A stretch of DNA of 64,000 bases from Patescibacteria group bacterium (lineage in GTDB: Bacteria; Patescibacteriota; UBA1384; JACPKC01), in contig JBMNRW010000001.1 in NCBI GenBank assembly GCA_050944875.1, positions 12,526 to 76,525 on the forward strand, read 5' to 3'. Shown piece after piece: positions 46,256 through 59,155 of the stretch (positions within the stretch are counted from its first letter, which is position 1; every line of letters starts with the position of its first letter). The notes beneath the pieces were generated by a model. The model was not told the origin of the DNA. It made no database searches and was given only the letters and a program-made list of their open reading frames with translations. The position numbers were made by a program, and so were the translations under genes.

Positions 46256-48232
46256 ATGACAGACCAGTACGCACGTTCGCTCCGTCGCACTACGGCACGC
46301 GTCCTCTTTGTGCCGTTTTTCGTGTGGAGCCTGTTCGCGCCGCTCATTACCGTAGCGGCAGAGGGAGAAGTACCTCAAACCGGACCGACCGTCGAGACCG
46401 GGCCGACGCAGCCAACGGGCACCACTGTTGAAACGGGGCCGACGCAGCCAACTGGGCCAACGGGTCCGACTGGTACGTCAGTGGTTGAGCCGGAGCCATG
46501 TACTGACCCGTCATGCTTCTACGGCATGGGGCAGGGCGAGGGTCAGGGCGTTGACCAAGGTGTTGGCCAGGGCGTCCCAGCGGCCGCAGCCGCTACGCCA
46601 ACTGGGACCCTTGCAAACGACACGACCGGTGCTGGATCGACGAATACCAACAGCGCGACTGAGAACAACTCAACCGATATCACGAACCGCAATAACGCGA
46701 CGATTACGAACGACGTCGATATGAGTCTGAGTACCGGGAGCAATACGCTTAGCCAGAACAGCGAAGTCGGCAGCCTGACGACAGGCGACATCCGGGGCTC
46801 GCTCTCGATCGTGAACGCAGCGAACTCCCAGTTCGCACCGGGCAGTAGCGTCGGCCTTGGTACTGCAACCTCTGGTGCCGACGGCGTCCTCCTTATGGCA
46901 GATGGATCTCGGGCGTACCTGCCCTCAAATAGCCAGACCGGCGCCGACTCGACCAACACTAACGCGATTTCCGGCACGAACGCGGTAAGAATCGTCACAG
47001 AGAGCACCGCGCTCGTCGACAACGATATCGACATTGCGGCCTCAACGGGCGGGAACACTATTACGGAGAACACGCTCTTCGGCGATATCACGACCGGTTC
47101 GATCGACCTCGCCGTGAACCTCATCAATCTTCTAAACCTTTTAATGCCCGACACGCTCTTCATGGTCGACCTGTGGAACCTCTACGGAGACGTCCTGGGT
47201 GATATCTTCGCGCCGCTCACGAATAGTCAGACGGGCGCCGGCTCGACGAACACGAACGCGGTCAGTGGGGTGAACACGGCGGATGTGACGGTCACGAGCA
47301 TCGCGGACACGACGAACACGTTCAATATTACAACTGACACGGGCAGCAATGTCCTTGACCAGAACACGGCTGTCAGTGATGTATCGACGGGCGACGTCCG
47401 CATCGATGGCAGCGTCACGAACATCTCGAACGCTGCGACACCCACGTTCTACATCGTGAACGTGCTCGGCAAGTGGAATGGCGGCGCGCTCGCCTTATCG
47501 GCTGGCAGCTACATCATCAATGAGCTTGGCAACTGGCTGACCGGTGCCGACTCGACGAATACGAACACCGTCGACCAGACGAATACGCTCGATATGGACA
47601 TTACGAACACCGCGACCGTGAACAATGGGCTCAATATCTCGGCGAGCACGGGCGGTAATACGATTGCTCGGAACACGGCCGTGGGCAACGTGACCACTGG
47701 AGATATCAACATCATGGCGAACGTCGTGAACTTCCTGAACTCATTCGGTGGCGACCTGTCGAAGTTCTCCCTGGGTGTGATCAATATCTTCGGCGACTGG
47801 GGGAAGAAGCCGACGCCTGCACCGGTGGTACCGCAGGCCGTGGGCCTTGGCCAGGGCGGCGCGCCAGTCGGTGAAGAACAGGATGCGGAACCGATGCAGC
47901 TTGCGACTGTTACTACTGCAACGCAGGGTAAGGTAGCTGAGGTCGCGCCTCAGGCACCAGCTGTGAATCAGGTAGCTCCAGCCATGCAGTCGGTTGTCCG
48001 GCGTCCGGTCACGCAGCTGACGCAGGCTCCGGCACCGTCGGCTGCGACAAGCGCGGGTAGCTCGGTACTGGTCGCGGGAACGAGCTCAGTACCGACTGCA
48101 GCTGACCTCGGTCTCATCGACGGCGAACAGGAACGTGGTTCCTCGGTATCGTACCTCTGGATTGCACTCATCTCCCTCGGGGTGATCTGGGGGGTCTTAG
48201 AACTCGCAGCACTGCGTAAGCAGCGCGCCTAA
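46256..48232 (+). CDS. Secreted beta-repeat protein C: TGP/GQG low-complexity N-terminus, 4 repeats, linker, TM + basic tail
   Basis: GGGAG RBS, signal peptide, four N..TGA[GD]STNTN units each closing with TG.N...N...TG[DS][IV]; YLWIALISLGVIWGVLELAAL-RKQRA. Confidence 0.88.
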   Translation: MTDQYARSLRRTTARVLFVPFFVWSLFAPLITVAAEGEVPQTGPTVETGPTQPTGTTVETGPTQPTGPTGPTGTSVVEPEPCTDPSCFYGMGQGEGQGVDQGVGQGVPAAAAATPTGTLANDTTGAGSTNTNSATENNSTDITNRNNATITNDVDMSLSTGSNTLSQNSEVGSLTTGDIRGSLSIVNAANSQFAPGSSVGLGTATSGADGVLLMADGSRAYLPSNSQTGADSTNTNAISGTNAVRIVTESTALVDNDIDIAASTGGNTITENTLFGDITTGSIDLAVNLINLLNLLMPDTLFMVDLWNLYGDVLGDIFAPLTNSQTGAGSTNTNAVSGVNTADVTVTSIADTTNTFNITTDTGSNVLDQNTAVSDVSTGDVRIDGSVTNISNAATPTFYIVNVLGKWNGGALALSAGSYIINELGNWLTGADSTNTNTVDQTNTLDMDITNTATVNNGLNISASTGGNTIARNTAVGNVTTGDINIMANVVNFLNSFGGDLSKFSLGVINIFGDWGKKPTPAPVVPQAVGLGQGGAPVGEEQDAEPMQLATVTTATQGKVAEVAPQAPAVNQVAPAMQSVVRRPVTQLTQAPAPSAATSAGSSVLVAGTSSVPTAADLGLIDGEQERGSSVSYLWIALISLGVIWGVLELAALRKQRA

Positions 48233-48252
48233 CCCTATTCGCCTCTCCTCGC

Positions 48253-48876
48253 ATGGACGAGCGCACCCACGCTAGAGCAAGTTGGAAAAAGCTCGGCTGG
48301 GTTGCGCTCGTCTTCGTTGTGCTGGCCGGCTGGTGGTACGCAGAATTTCTGACGAGCATCGTCCGCCCGTCGCTCATTCGGACGGAGCTCATCAGTGCTC
48401 CTCGGGCCGCTGAGCTTCAGGCGCCTGCGTTCGCGTACCCCGCGCTCGGGATTGTCGCACCGGTAGTTGAGGCAGCGGAGACGAGTCCGCTCGCCGCTCG
48501 CGATTGGCAGGTGATCGCCGCTGCGCTGCGGGCCGGCGTTAGTCTGGCATACGAGGGGCCATCCCTTGAGTCGGCCCGACTCGCCTTCGTCACCGGCCAT
48601 TCCAGCGACACGATCCGCCACCCGTACGCGTCGGTGTTCGCTGGCCTGGGGCAGTCACGCATGGGCGATGAGTTTGTCGTGCAGCTTGTCGACGGCCAAC
48701 GCCGGTACCGTGTGAGCGATCGCAGCGTGTACTCCCCGGCTGACCTGGATGCCTTTCGTGCCCTGGAACCGGCCCCGGGTTCTCCTCAGCGTGTTGTTCT
48801 CGTCACGTGCTGGCCGCCATTGACAACGAAGAGCAGACTTGTTGTGACTGGAGAATACGTAGGAGGTGAACAATGA
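48253..48876 (+). CDS. Sortase 2
   Basis: N-terminal TM; FVTGHSS (His), LVTCWPP (Cys), SRL (Arg). Confidence 0.9.
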   Translation: MDERTHARASWKKLGWVALVFVVLAGWWYAEFLTSIVRPSLIRTELISAPRAAELQAPAFAYPALGIVAPVVEAAETSPLAARDWQVIAAALRAGVSLAYEGPSLESARLAFVTGHSSDTIRHPYASVFAGLGQSRMGDEFVVQLVDGQRRYRVSDRSVYSPADLDAFRALEPAPGSPQRVVLVTCWPPLTTKSRLVVTGEYVGGEQ

Positions 48877-50063
48877 TGAAGGTACTTACAGTGCTCGTAA
48901 TGGTGGTGGTAACCGTCTTCGCACTGCCCACTGGTGTTAGCGCCGAGGAGATGCAAGACCGCGTCATCGTGCGCTTCCGCGCTGGCGTGTCGTCGGATGA
49001 TCAGCAGCGCACTCTCGACAGGGTAGGTGCGCGCGAGCGCCGGTCGTACCGCGTCCTACGCGCCCAAAGCGCTACGGTGTCGTCGAGGGGGCGTGCTGCA
49101 CTATTGTCCGAAGACGCCGTCGAGGGCGTTGATCCGGATCTCGAAGTTTCGGCGTTCTTGACGGTGGGTCAACTAAAGGCAGCTGGCCACCGCGAACGTG
49201 CCCTCGCTTCGTCAACGCAAGAGCTTACGTGGAACTTAACGCGTATTGGTGCGCCGGTCGCGTGGAACGTGGGCCGAGGTGCGGGCACGCGAGTGGCGGT
49301 GCTCGACACAGGCGCGCAGCTTACGCACCCGGATTTAGCCGGGAGGATCGCAGCGTCTCGGAACTTCGTCCGGCCAGGCCGGTCAGCGGATGACGACAAC
49401 GGCCACGGCACACACGTCGCTGGGGTGATCGCTGCTGCGGATAACAGCGTGGGCGTCGTCGGCGTCGCGCCGGACACGAGCCTCCTCATTGCGAAGGTGC
49501 TCGACTCGCGCGGCCGCGGGTACGTCTCGGACATCATTGCCGGCCTTGATTGGGCGATCCAGAACAACGCGCGCGTCGTAAACATGAGCCTCGGCTTGCC
49601 GACCGACGTCCCAAGCTTGCGCCTCGCTGTAGAGCGTACCATGGGAGCTGGCATTAGCGTCGTGGCAGCGGCCGGGAATGACGGCGGCCAAGTGAGTTAC
49701 CCGGCTGCGTATCCAGTGGTAATCGCAGTAGGTGCAACAGACGCTACGGATGCGGTGCCGAGTTGGTCGGCACAGGGGCAGGCGCTCGACCTCGTGGCGC
49801 CTGGCGTCAACGTGAAGTCCACGTACCGTCGAAGCCGCTACGTCACGATGACTGGGACGTCCATGGCGACGCCCCACGTGGCAGCGGCTGCTGCGTTGCT
49901 CTCGCAGCAGCCAACGCAGTGCGATATCGACGGCAACGGCGTCTGCGCGCCAGCTGAGATCGAGGCCAGACTCCGCGCTACCGCAACCGATCTCCTGGCT
50001 AGCGGGTACGACGTGCGCTCCGGCGCCGGTCGGCTCAATGTAGCACAGGCGCTCGGCCGCTAA
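48873..50063 (+). CDS. Secreted subtilisin (S8) serine protease with prodomain
   Basis: Signal peptide, VLDTG, HGTHVAG, AAAGN, GTSMATPHV; ATGA overlap with sortase 2. Confidence 0.95.
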   Translation: MMKVLTVLVMVVVTVFALPTGVSAEEMQDRVIVRFRAGVSSDDQQRTLDRVGARERRSYRVLRAQSATVSSRGRAALLSEDAVEGVDPDLEVSAFLTVGQLKAAGHRERALASSTQELTWNLTRIGAPVAWNVGRGAGTRVAVLDTGAQLTHPDLAGRIAASRNFVRPGRSADDDNGHGTHVAGVIAAADNSVGVVGVAPDTSLLIAKVLDSRGRGYVSDIIAGLDWAIQNNARVVNMSLGLPTDVPSLRLAVERTMGAGISVVAAAGNDGGQVSYPAAYPVVIAVGATDATDAVPSWSAQGQALDLVAPGVNVKSTYRRSRYVTMTGTSMATPHVAAAAALLSQQPTQCDIDGNGVCAPAEIEARLRATATDLLASGYDVRSGAGRLNVAQALGR

Positions 50064-50109
50064 CTCTCGACAGGGTATCTCAGTCCCCGTATAGTGAAGC
50101 CGCTATCCG

Positions 50110-50195
50110 GCCGGAGTGGCGGAATGGCAGACGCGGCGGACTCAAAATCCGCTGTCCGCAAGGACATGTGGGTTCGACTCCCTCCTCCGGCACCA
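50110..50195 (+). tRNA. tRNA-Leu (CAA)
   Basis: Acceptor GCCGGAG/CTCCGGC, anticodon arm GCGGA-CTCAAAA-TCCGC, long variable arm, GTTCGA, encoded CCA. Confidence 0.96.
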
Positions 50196-50266
50196 CGTAA
50201 CCAGGCAGAGAAGCACCCTGCGGATTCACGGGGTGCTTTCCAGTTCAAGTCAGCACGAGGCGCAGT

Positions 50267-51238
50267 ATGACACGAGGGTTTTGGGACAACTTGCCGCAGC
50301 CCTTCTTCGTCCTTGCCCCGATGGCGAACGTAACCGACACGGTGTTCCGTCAGATCATCCGCAAATATAGCCGGCCGGACGTCATGTATACCGAGTTTGT
50401 GTCGTGTGACGGCCTCTGTTCGGCAGGTCGCGAGCGACTGCTTCGTGACCTCCAGTTCGTCCCGGCGGAGCGGCCGCTCGTCGCCCAGGTGTTCGGCGCG
50501 ACACCCGAGCACTTCTACGAGACCGCGAAGCTCGTCGTCTCGCTCGGGTTCGACGGCATTGATATCAATATGGGCTGCCCTGACCGGGCGGTCGTCCGGC
50601 AGGGCGCCGGCGCGGCACTCATCCGCACTCCCCTCTTGGCGCAGGCGATTGTCCGGGCAACGCGGGACGGTGTACGCGACGCCGGGTCGGCGATTCCTGT
50701 TTCGGTGAAGACCCGGCTTGGCTTCCAGGCTGACGAGGCAGAGCGTTGGCTCCCCCACCTCCTCGAGCTCGACCTGCCGGCGTTGACCGTGCACGCCCGG
50801 ACGAAGAAAGAGCTCTCGGAAGTGCCGGCGCACTGGGACCGGCTATCGGCGGTCGTTGCGCTCGCGGCCGGGACTAGTACACACATCATCGGGAACGGCG
50901 ACGTCACCTCGATCGAGGACGCGCGGGCAAAGAGCGCCGCCTCGGGTGTCGACGGTGTCATGCTCGGCCGGGCGATCTTCGGAAACCCGTGGCTCTTCCG
51001 TGACAATACCGAACGACCGCCAGTGCCCGAGGTACTCAGGGTGGTCGTCGAGCACACGGAGCTCTACGAAACGACGTGGGGCGCGGCGAAGCCCTTCGAC
51101 CTCATGAAGAAGCACTACAAAGCCTACGTCACCGGATTTCCGGGCGCGCACGAGCTGAGGATTGAGCTCATGGCGTGCCGCGATGCTGAGAGCGTCCGGC
51201 GCACTGTTGAGTCCTTCCTCGCCGATACTCACCGGTAG
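50267..51238 (+). CDS. dus: tRNA-dihydrouridine synthase
   Basis: LAPMA, DINMGCP, SVKTR, TVHART, GNGD, MLGRA...NPW. Confidence 0.95.
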   Translation: MTRGFWDNLPQPFFVLAPMANVTDTVFRQIIRKYSRPDVMYTEFVSCDGLCSAGRERLLRDLQFVPAERPLVAQVFGATPEHFYETAKLVVSLGFDGIDINMGCPDRAVVRQGAGAALIRTPLLAQAIVRATRDGVRDAGSAIPVSVKTRLGFQADEAERWLPHLLELDLPALTVHARTKKELSEVPAHWDRLSAVVALAAGTSTHIIGNGDVTSIEDARAKSAASGVDGVMLGRAIFGNPWLFRDNTERPPVPEVLRVVVEHTELYETTWGAAKPFDLMKKHYKAYVTGFPGAHELRIELMACRDAESVRRTVESFLADTHR

Positions 51239-51330
51239 GAGTTGCGCGGTCCGCTTGGAACGCGCCGCGCATTGCCGTACTGTACGAGTACAGAACACTT
51301 CCCAGAACTCTCCGAGGGGAGGTGAGTGGA

Positions 51331-51504
51331 ATGGCAAGGCAGTACGGGCCAAAAGCCCAAGAGTACGTGCACGACGTGATGCACGAGTTCAAGCACGGGA
51401 AGCTTCGGAGTCGCGACGGCCGCACGGTGACAAAGCGCAGGCAGGCGGTAGCGATTGGGCTCCAGAAGGCGCGCAAGGTCGGCGCGAAGGTGTCGAAGCA
51501 GTAG
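51331..51504 (+). CDS. Small basic DUF6496-like protein
   Basis: VMHEFKHGKLRS...RRQAVAIGL..ARK.GAKV; GGAGGTG RBS. Confidence 0.8.
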   Translation: MARQYGPKAQEYVHDVMHEFKHGKLRSRDGRTVTKRRQAVAIGLQKARKVGAKVSKQ

Positions 51505-51602
51505 GCCGCGTAGACGACGAATGGAGTGTGGCGTGGAGTGCTGCGCTCCTTGTTGTTTTGCCGGGAGTCGTCTACACTGCACCGGTTCAACGAAAGGCAG
51601 GT

Positions 51603-54789
<3,187 letters not shown>

Positions 54790-54805
54790 GCATCGGAGGC
54801 ACTGC

Positions 54806-55453
54806 ATGGGACGACTTATCTGCGTACGGCACGGCAAATCAGCGTACAACGCGCTCGGGCTTTGGACGGGACACACTGACGTCGAACTCGTCGACGAAGG
54901 GCGCGCTGAGGCGCGGCGGGCGGGCGAGGCGATCCGCGACATCCACGTGCACGTCGCGCACACCTCGATGCTTACCCGGACGCACCAGACGCTCGACGAG
55001 ATCCTCGCCGCACTTGGTCGCACCGACCTGGATCCGGTCCGCCACCACGCCTTGAACGAGCGGCACTACGGCGTGCACACCAGCAAGAACAAGTGGGAGG
55101 TAAAAGAGGAGATTGGTGAGGAGGAGTTCCAGCGTATCCGCCGCGGCTGGGATACGCCGATCCCCGAAGGCGAGACGTTGAAAGACGTCCACGCCCGGGT
55201 CGTTCCCTACTTCGAGGAATACATCAAGCCCGACCTCATGGCCGGCAAGAACGTACTCGTCGTCTCGCACGGGAATACGTTGCGCGCGCTCGTGAAGCAC
55301 ATCGACGGTATTTCTGAAGAGGAGATCGCGGACGTTGAGATCGCGACCGGTGAGGTCCACTGTTACTCGATGGACGAGGCCGGCAACGTCATCGACAAAG
55401 AGATCCGGACCGCTACGGTTGAGATTGATATCCAGGAGCCGGCGTACGCGTAA
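54806..55453 (+). CDS. gpmA: 2,3-bisphosphoglycerate-dependent phosphoglycerate mutase
   Basis: VRHG, LNERHYG, RRGWD, GETLKD, HGNTLRAL. Confidence 0.93.
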   Translation: MGRLICVRHGKSAYNALGLWTGHTDVELVDEGRAEARRAGEAIRDIHVHVAHTSMLTRTHQTLDEILAALGRTDLDPVRHHALNERHYGVHTSKNKWEVKEEIGEEEFQRIRRGWDTPIPEGETLKDVHARVVPYFEEYIKPDLMAGKNVLVVSHGNTLRALVKHIDGISEEEIADVEIATGEVHCYSMDEAGNVIDKEIRTATVEIDIQEPAYA

Positions 55454-55507
55454 CGGGTACATAAGCTCCGCACACTGCGAAAGAGTGGCCGGTTGGCCGT
55501 TCTTTTG

Positions 55508-56758
55508 TTAGAGCGCGTTCGTCCGCGCGATACGGGCGTAGGTGCGGGCGCTCGGCCGAACGCGGCGCTCGAGCGTCTGGCGGTCGACTTCGATGAGGCC
55601 GAACCGCGGCCAGAACCCTTTGTCCCACTCGAAGTTGTCCATGAGCGACCAGTGCAGGTACCCGCGGACGTCGATCCCCTCTTCGATTGCCTGGTGGACG
55701 TACTCGAGCGTCTCGCGGATGAACCACTCGCGGTGCGTGTCGTTCCGGTCGGCCAGGCCGTTCTCGGTAATGTAGACGGGTTTGTCGAAGCTGCCAGCCA
55801 CGCGGAGCGCACCGAGCATCGCCGGCGGGTAGAGCTCCCAGCCGAGATCGGAGCGCACACGGTTCTCGTTCTGGTTACGCGTAAGGCCGCGGATGACGTT
55901 CCGGCCGTAGATGTTTGCGCCGACGAAGTCGAGCTCGGTGCGGATACTTTGGAGGAATCGCCGGTTCCAAAGCCAGTCCGCTAGCCAGCGATGGGCGCGG
56001 GTCACCAGTGAGCCGTCGCCTGATTGCACATCCGTGATCTGCGGGGCAACGCCGACCTGTGCTGTCGGCTGCAGGCTCTTGATCGCGCGGTACGCCCGTC
56101 GGTGCGCCGCCTGGAGTCGCTTGAGTACGCGCTCGTGCGCGACGACGCTCTTGCGTCCCGGCGGCCAGTCGCCGGTCAGGTAGCTGAACGTGGCATAGAC
56201 GTTCGGTTCGTTGAGCGTGATCCAGTACCGGACGGACGGCGCGAGCACCGGAACGATCGCCCGGACGAACGCCTCGAACGCGGCGGGCGTACCCGACCAC
56301 TCCCAGCCGCCTTTGTCACGGAGCCAGAGCGGCACCGGCCAGTGCCAGAGCGTGACGAACGGCTCGATGCCGTTTTGCCTGAGCGTCGCTACCATCTGGC
56401 CGTACCGCGCGATCGCGCCGGCGTCGTACTCCCCTTCTCGCGGCTCCATGCGCGACCAGTCGATCGAGAACCGGTAGGCCGTGAGGTTGAGTTCGCGCAT
56501 GAGCGCAACGTCCGCGTCGAACCGCTCCCAGTGCTCATCAGTTCGCCCGGCGATATAGCTCGCGGGGTCTGTTGCCTCGGATTTTATCTCGTCCCAGACC
56601 GGGCAGAGCTGGCAGAACTTCCGTTCGGCCTCGCTTGCGAGTCGAGTCGCATGTTCCCGCTCCCACGCATCCCAGTCGTTCGTGAGACCGCCTTCAACTT
56701 GGTGCGCCGCCGTGCTCGCGCCCCAGAGAAACCCGTCCGGGAACCGTCGTTCAGGCAT
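55508..56758 (-). CDS. Glycoside hydrolase family 1 (beta-glucosidase-like)
   Basis: FLWGASTAAHQVEG, TLNEP, ITENG, DNFEW. Confidence 0.95.
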   Translation of the reverse strand: MPERRFPDGFLWGASTAAHQVEGGLTNDWDAWEREHATRLASEAERKFCQLCPVWDEIKSEATDPASYIAGRTDEHWERFDADVALMRELNLTAYRFSIDWSRMEPREGEYDAGAIARYGQMVATLRQNGIEPFVTLWHWPVPLWLRDKGGWEWSGTPAAFEAFVRAIVPVLAPSVRYWITLNEPNVYATFSYLTGDWPPGRKSVVAHERVLKRLQAAHRRAYRAIKSLQPTAQVGVAPQITDVQSGDGSLVTRAHRWLADWLWNRRFLQSIRTELDFVGANIYGRNVIRGLTRNQNENRVRSDLGWELYPPAMLGALRVAGSFDKPVYITENGLADRNDTHREWFIRETLEYVHQAIEEGIDVRGYLHWSLMDNFEWDKGFWPRFGLIEVDRQTLERRVRPSARTYARIARTNAL

Positions 56759-57395
56759 GCGTTCCTCCGATCGTGTAGTGAAACTCCCCCGCTCCCTGGC
56801 GCAGGACGACCGGTGTCGCCTGGGTGAGGTCGACGACTGTTGAGGCGGGAACGACGGGCAGATCGCCCGCGTCGAGGATGAGGTCCGGCCTCCGGTCTGG
56901 TGGTAACTGGTCGAGGAGTTCGGCGTGCAGGTCTGCCGTGCGGTAGATGGCGCCCATGCCGGAGAGGTTGGCGCTCGTCGTCGTGTACGGCTCGCCGAAG
57001 GCTTCGGAGAGCGAGCGGATGACCGGGTCGTCGGGAATGCGGACGCCGAGCGTGTTCGTCGTCGCGACCGCGAAGTCGGCGTTTAGGAGGACGAACGTGT
57101 ACGGGCCGGGCAGGTGCGCCTCGAGCACGCGAAGCTGCTCGTTGGTTGCGAGCGTCAGCGCGCGGACGTGGTCGAGGTCGCGGGCGATGACTGAGAACTT
57201 CTTCGCGTGATCGCGTCCTTTGAGGGCGGCGATCCTGGCCATCGCGCGCGGGTTCCGGGCATCGCAGCCCAAGCCGTAGCACGTGTCGGACGGGTAGATG
57301 ATGACGCCGCCACGGCGAAGAACGTCGGCCGCCCGCTCGATTGTCGCGGGTTCCGGCTTTGTGCGTGAAACAGAGATGATTTCCATGGCTTCCAT
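56751..57395 (-). CDS. tsaC: L-threonylcarbamoyladenylate synthase (Sua5/TsaC)
   Basis: PSDTCYGL, KGR, PGPYT, TSANLSG, STVVD; start may be 57386. Confidence 0.93.
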   Translation of the reverse strand: MEAMEIISVSRTKPEPATIERAADVLRRGGVIIYPSDTCYGLGCDARNPRAMARIAALKGRDHAKKFSVIARDLDHVRALTLATNEQLRVLEAHLPGPYTFVLLNADFAVATTNTLGVRIPDDPVIRSLSEAFGEPYTTTSANLSGMGAIYRTADLHAELLDQLPPDRRPDLILDAGDLPVVPASTVVDLTQATPVVLRQGAGEFHYTIGGTHA

Positions 57396-57459
57396 CGTAC
57401 CAGGAAGCGTGCTATACTCCGACCGGAGATTTGGGGTACTATTACCACTTCACTCGTTC

Positions 57460-57535
57460 GGGCCAGTAGCTCAGTTGGTAGAGCGCAGCATTCGCATTGC
57501 TGAGGTCCGGGGTTCGACTCCCCGCTGGTCCACCA
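57460..57535 (+). tRNA. tRNA-Ala (CGC)
   Basis: 76 nt, G3:U70 pair, anticodon arm CAGCA-TTCGCAT-TGCTG, GTTCGA, encoded CCA. Confidence 0.96.
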
Positions 57536-57549
57536 GGTAGATAGACGTG

Positions 57550-57579
57550 AAAAGACCGGACAACTCTGTCCGGTCTTTT
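57550..57579. terminator. Bidirectional terminator
   Basis: AAAAGACCGGACA-ACTC-TGTCCGGTCTTTT. Confidence 0.85.
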
Positions 57580-57589
57580 GGTTGAAGAG

Positions 57590-58234
57590 CTACGTCTCCT
57601 TGCGAACAGCCGCAAAACGGTAGCCCGCATGCCACGTGTCATCCCACCACTGAAGACACAGTCGTCGCTCGCCGCTGCACTCGTCAAGGACTGGCACGCG
57701 GAGATAGCATTTTGGTTTCCTCCACGAAGAACTGAGAGCAACGATAGGGTGTAGACGTTGTGCGTATGGATAGTTTGCGCCCAGGGCGCACAATTCATCG
57801 AGCGTCGCGGGCCGCAGGCCCCGTTGCTCGAGATCTTCAATCACCCACTCCGACGAAACACCATCCTCGTGATCGTACTTGATCAGCTCGATCTCAATCC
57901 ACTCTGTACCTCGGGCATTGTGACAAGGAAAGTATTTGGAGATAAGGTGTTTATCTACCTGATCGTACCTGCCCGCTCGAATCATAGCCTTAAGGTTCTG
58001 ACTGAAGTTAACTTTGACGCGACACATGTCGTCCAGTGGACGCATTGACAGAATTGGTTGGTCATCGGAGGGTAAGAGGGCGTTGCGGAGAGCGTTTCGG
58101 AGCGCTCCCTGGTCCTGTATCCATCGCTGAGCTTGTTCGGGGGCGACGTCTTGCGGTAGCTGGCGGAGCACCGCGGCGGCGAACTCCATCATCTGTCCCG
58201 TCGACACTGAGTCGGTACCAGGAGAATTCGACAT
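57590..58234 (-). CDS. Hypothetical accessory protein (214 aa)
   Basis: GGAG RBS, lower GC; LRPATLDELCALG..YP..QR..PIVAL...W...W...RFAA pattern. Confidence 0.75.
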   Translation of the reverse strand: MSNSPGTDSVSTGQMMEFAAAVLRQLPQDVAPEQAQRWIQDQGALRNALRNALLPSDDQPILSMRPLDDMCRVKVNFSQNLKAMIRAGRYDQVDKHLISKYFPCHNARGTEWIEIELIKYDHEDGVSSEWVIEDLEQRGLRPATLDELCALGANYPYAQRLHPIVALSSSWRKPKCYLRVPVLDECSGERRLCLQWWDDTWHAGYRFAAVRKET

Positions 58235-58414
58235 GGTTTTTCCTCCGGTGCACGATCTGCTCGTGCGGGCGAATCTCCGAGAACGTTATTTAAAGGAACG
58301 AGTATGTATACCTAATAGCTGGTGGTTAGTCAACGAAACAATACCGATCAGCGCCCCTCTACATTCCCCAAAGAACCTGCTATCCTCTCGGCAATTTAGC
58401 CAGAGGAGAACTCC

Positions 58415-59077
58415 ATGACTCCGCTCCGTGTGGTCTTCAACTGGGACAGCACGCTCGTCACGATCGAAGGGTCCGCCGCACTCGCTGAGCACAAGGGCAT
58501 TGACGGCGTTGCCGAGCTCACGAACCAGGCGATGAACGGCGAGGCGTCGATCCAAGACGTGTTCCGCCAGCGCTTCGCGCTCCTTCGGCCGACGCTCAAA
58601 GATTTGGAGTGGCTCGCGGGCACGTACGTGGCGCATACGACGCCCGGCGCCCGTGAGATCGTGGCGCACCTGACTGAAGCGGGTCACCAGGTGTACGTCG
58701 TTTCAGCGGCGTACCGGACCGCCATCTTGGAGCCGGCCAAGCAGCTCGGGATTCCTGCCCACCATATCTGCGCGGTGGACGTACTCTTCGACGAGCAGGG
58801 CGAGGCGCACTACGACGCGGAGAACGTGCTCGCGAGCGACGGCGGCATGGAGGTGGTGCTCGCCGAGATCGCAAAGGCTGGGCCGACGATCTACATCGGT
58901 GATTCCGTGCCGGATGCTCAGGCTGGCGGCGCCGTCGACCTCTTCATTGGCTTTGGCGGTGTCATACCGCGCGACGAGGTCGTTTCACTCTCGCCCATCT
59001 ACGTCCGTGAGCCGACGCTCATGGCGGTTGAGACGCACATCGAAGCGTTCGCTGGTGCGCCGGTTCCTGCGGCGTAA
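58415..59077 (+). CDS. SerB-like HAD-IB phosphatase homologue with degenerate active site
   Basis: FNWDSTL (motif I Asp to Asn), LTNQAMNG, VVS, IGDSVPD. Confidence 0.85.
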   Translation: MTPLRVVFNWDSTLVTIEGSAALAEHKGIDGVAELTNQAMNGEASIQDVFRQRFALLRPTLKDLEWLAGTYVAHTTPGAREIVAHLTEAGHQVYVVSAAYRTAILEPAKQLGIPAHHICAVDVLFDEQGEAHYDAENVLASDGGMEVVLAEIAKAGPTIYIGDSVPDAQAGGAVDLFIGFGGVIPRDEVVSLSPIYVREPTLMAVETHIEAFAGAPVPAA

Positions 59078-59155
59078 ACCGCGACTTGTCCCTCGGCTTG
59101 GCCGGCTGGTACGATACCCGCAAGCACCGCTCGGAGGGGAGTAGGAGGAGTTTTC

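Noticed and set aside
46370-46480. Collagen triple-helix domain in protein C
   Set aside because: The TGP units are mostly 6-7 aa apart, with only about three consecutive G-x-y triplets; better read as a low-complexity linker.
44267-48232. CRISPR array, DGR template/variable repeat, or classical sortase pilus
   Set aside because: The repeats are in-frame coding units with no spacers; there is no cas or reverse transcriptase gene, and the 63-bp copies are identical rather than A-mutated. No pilin-motif Lys, E-box or Ig-like pattern is visible.
50063-50240. Sortase/repeat cluster as an island integrated at tRNA-Leu
   Set aside because: The cluster lies 5' of the tRNA, GC matches the core, and no integrase or duplicated tRNA end was seen.
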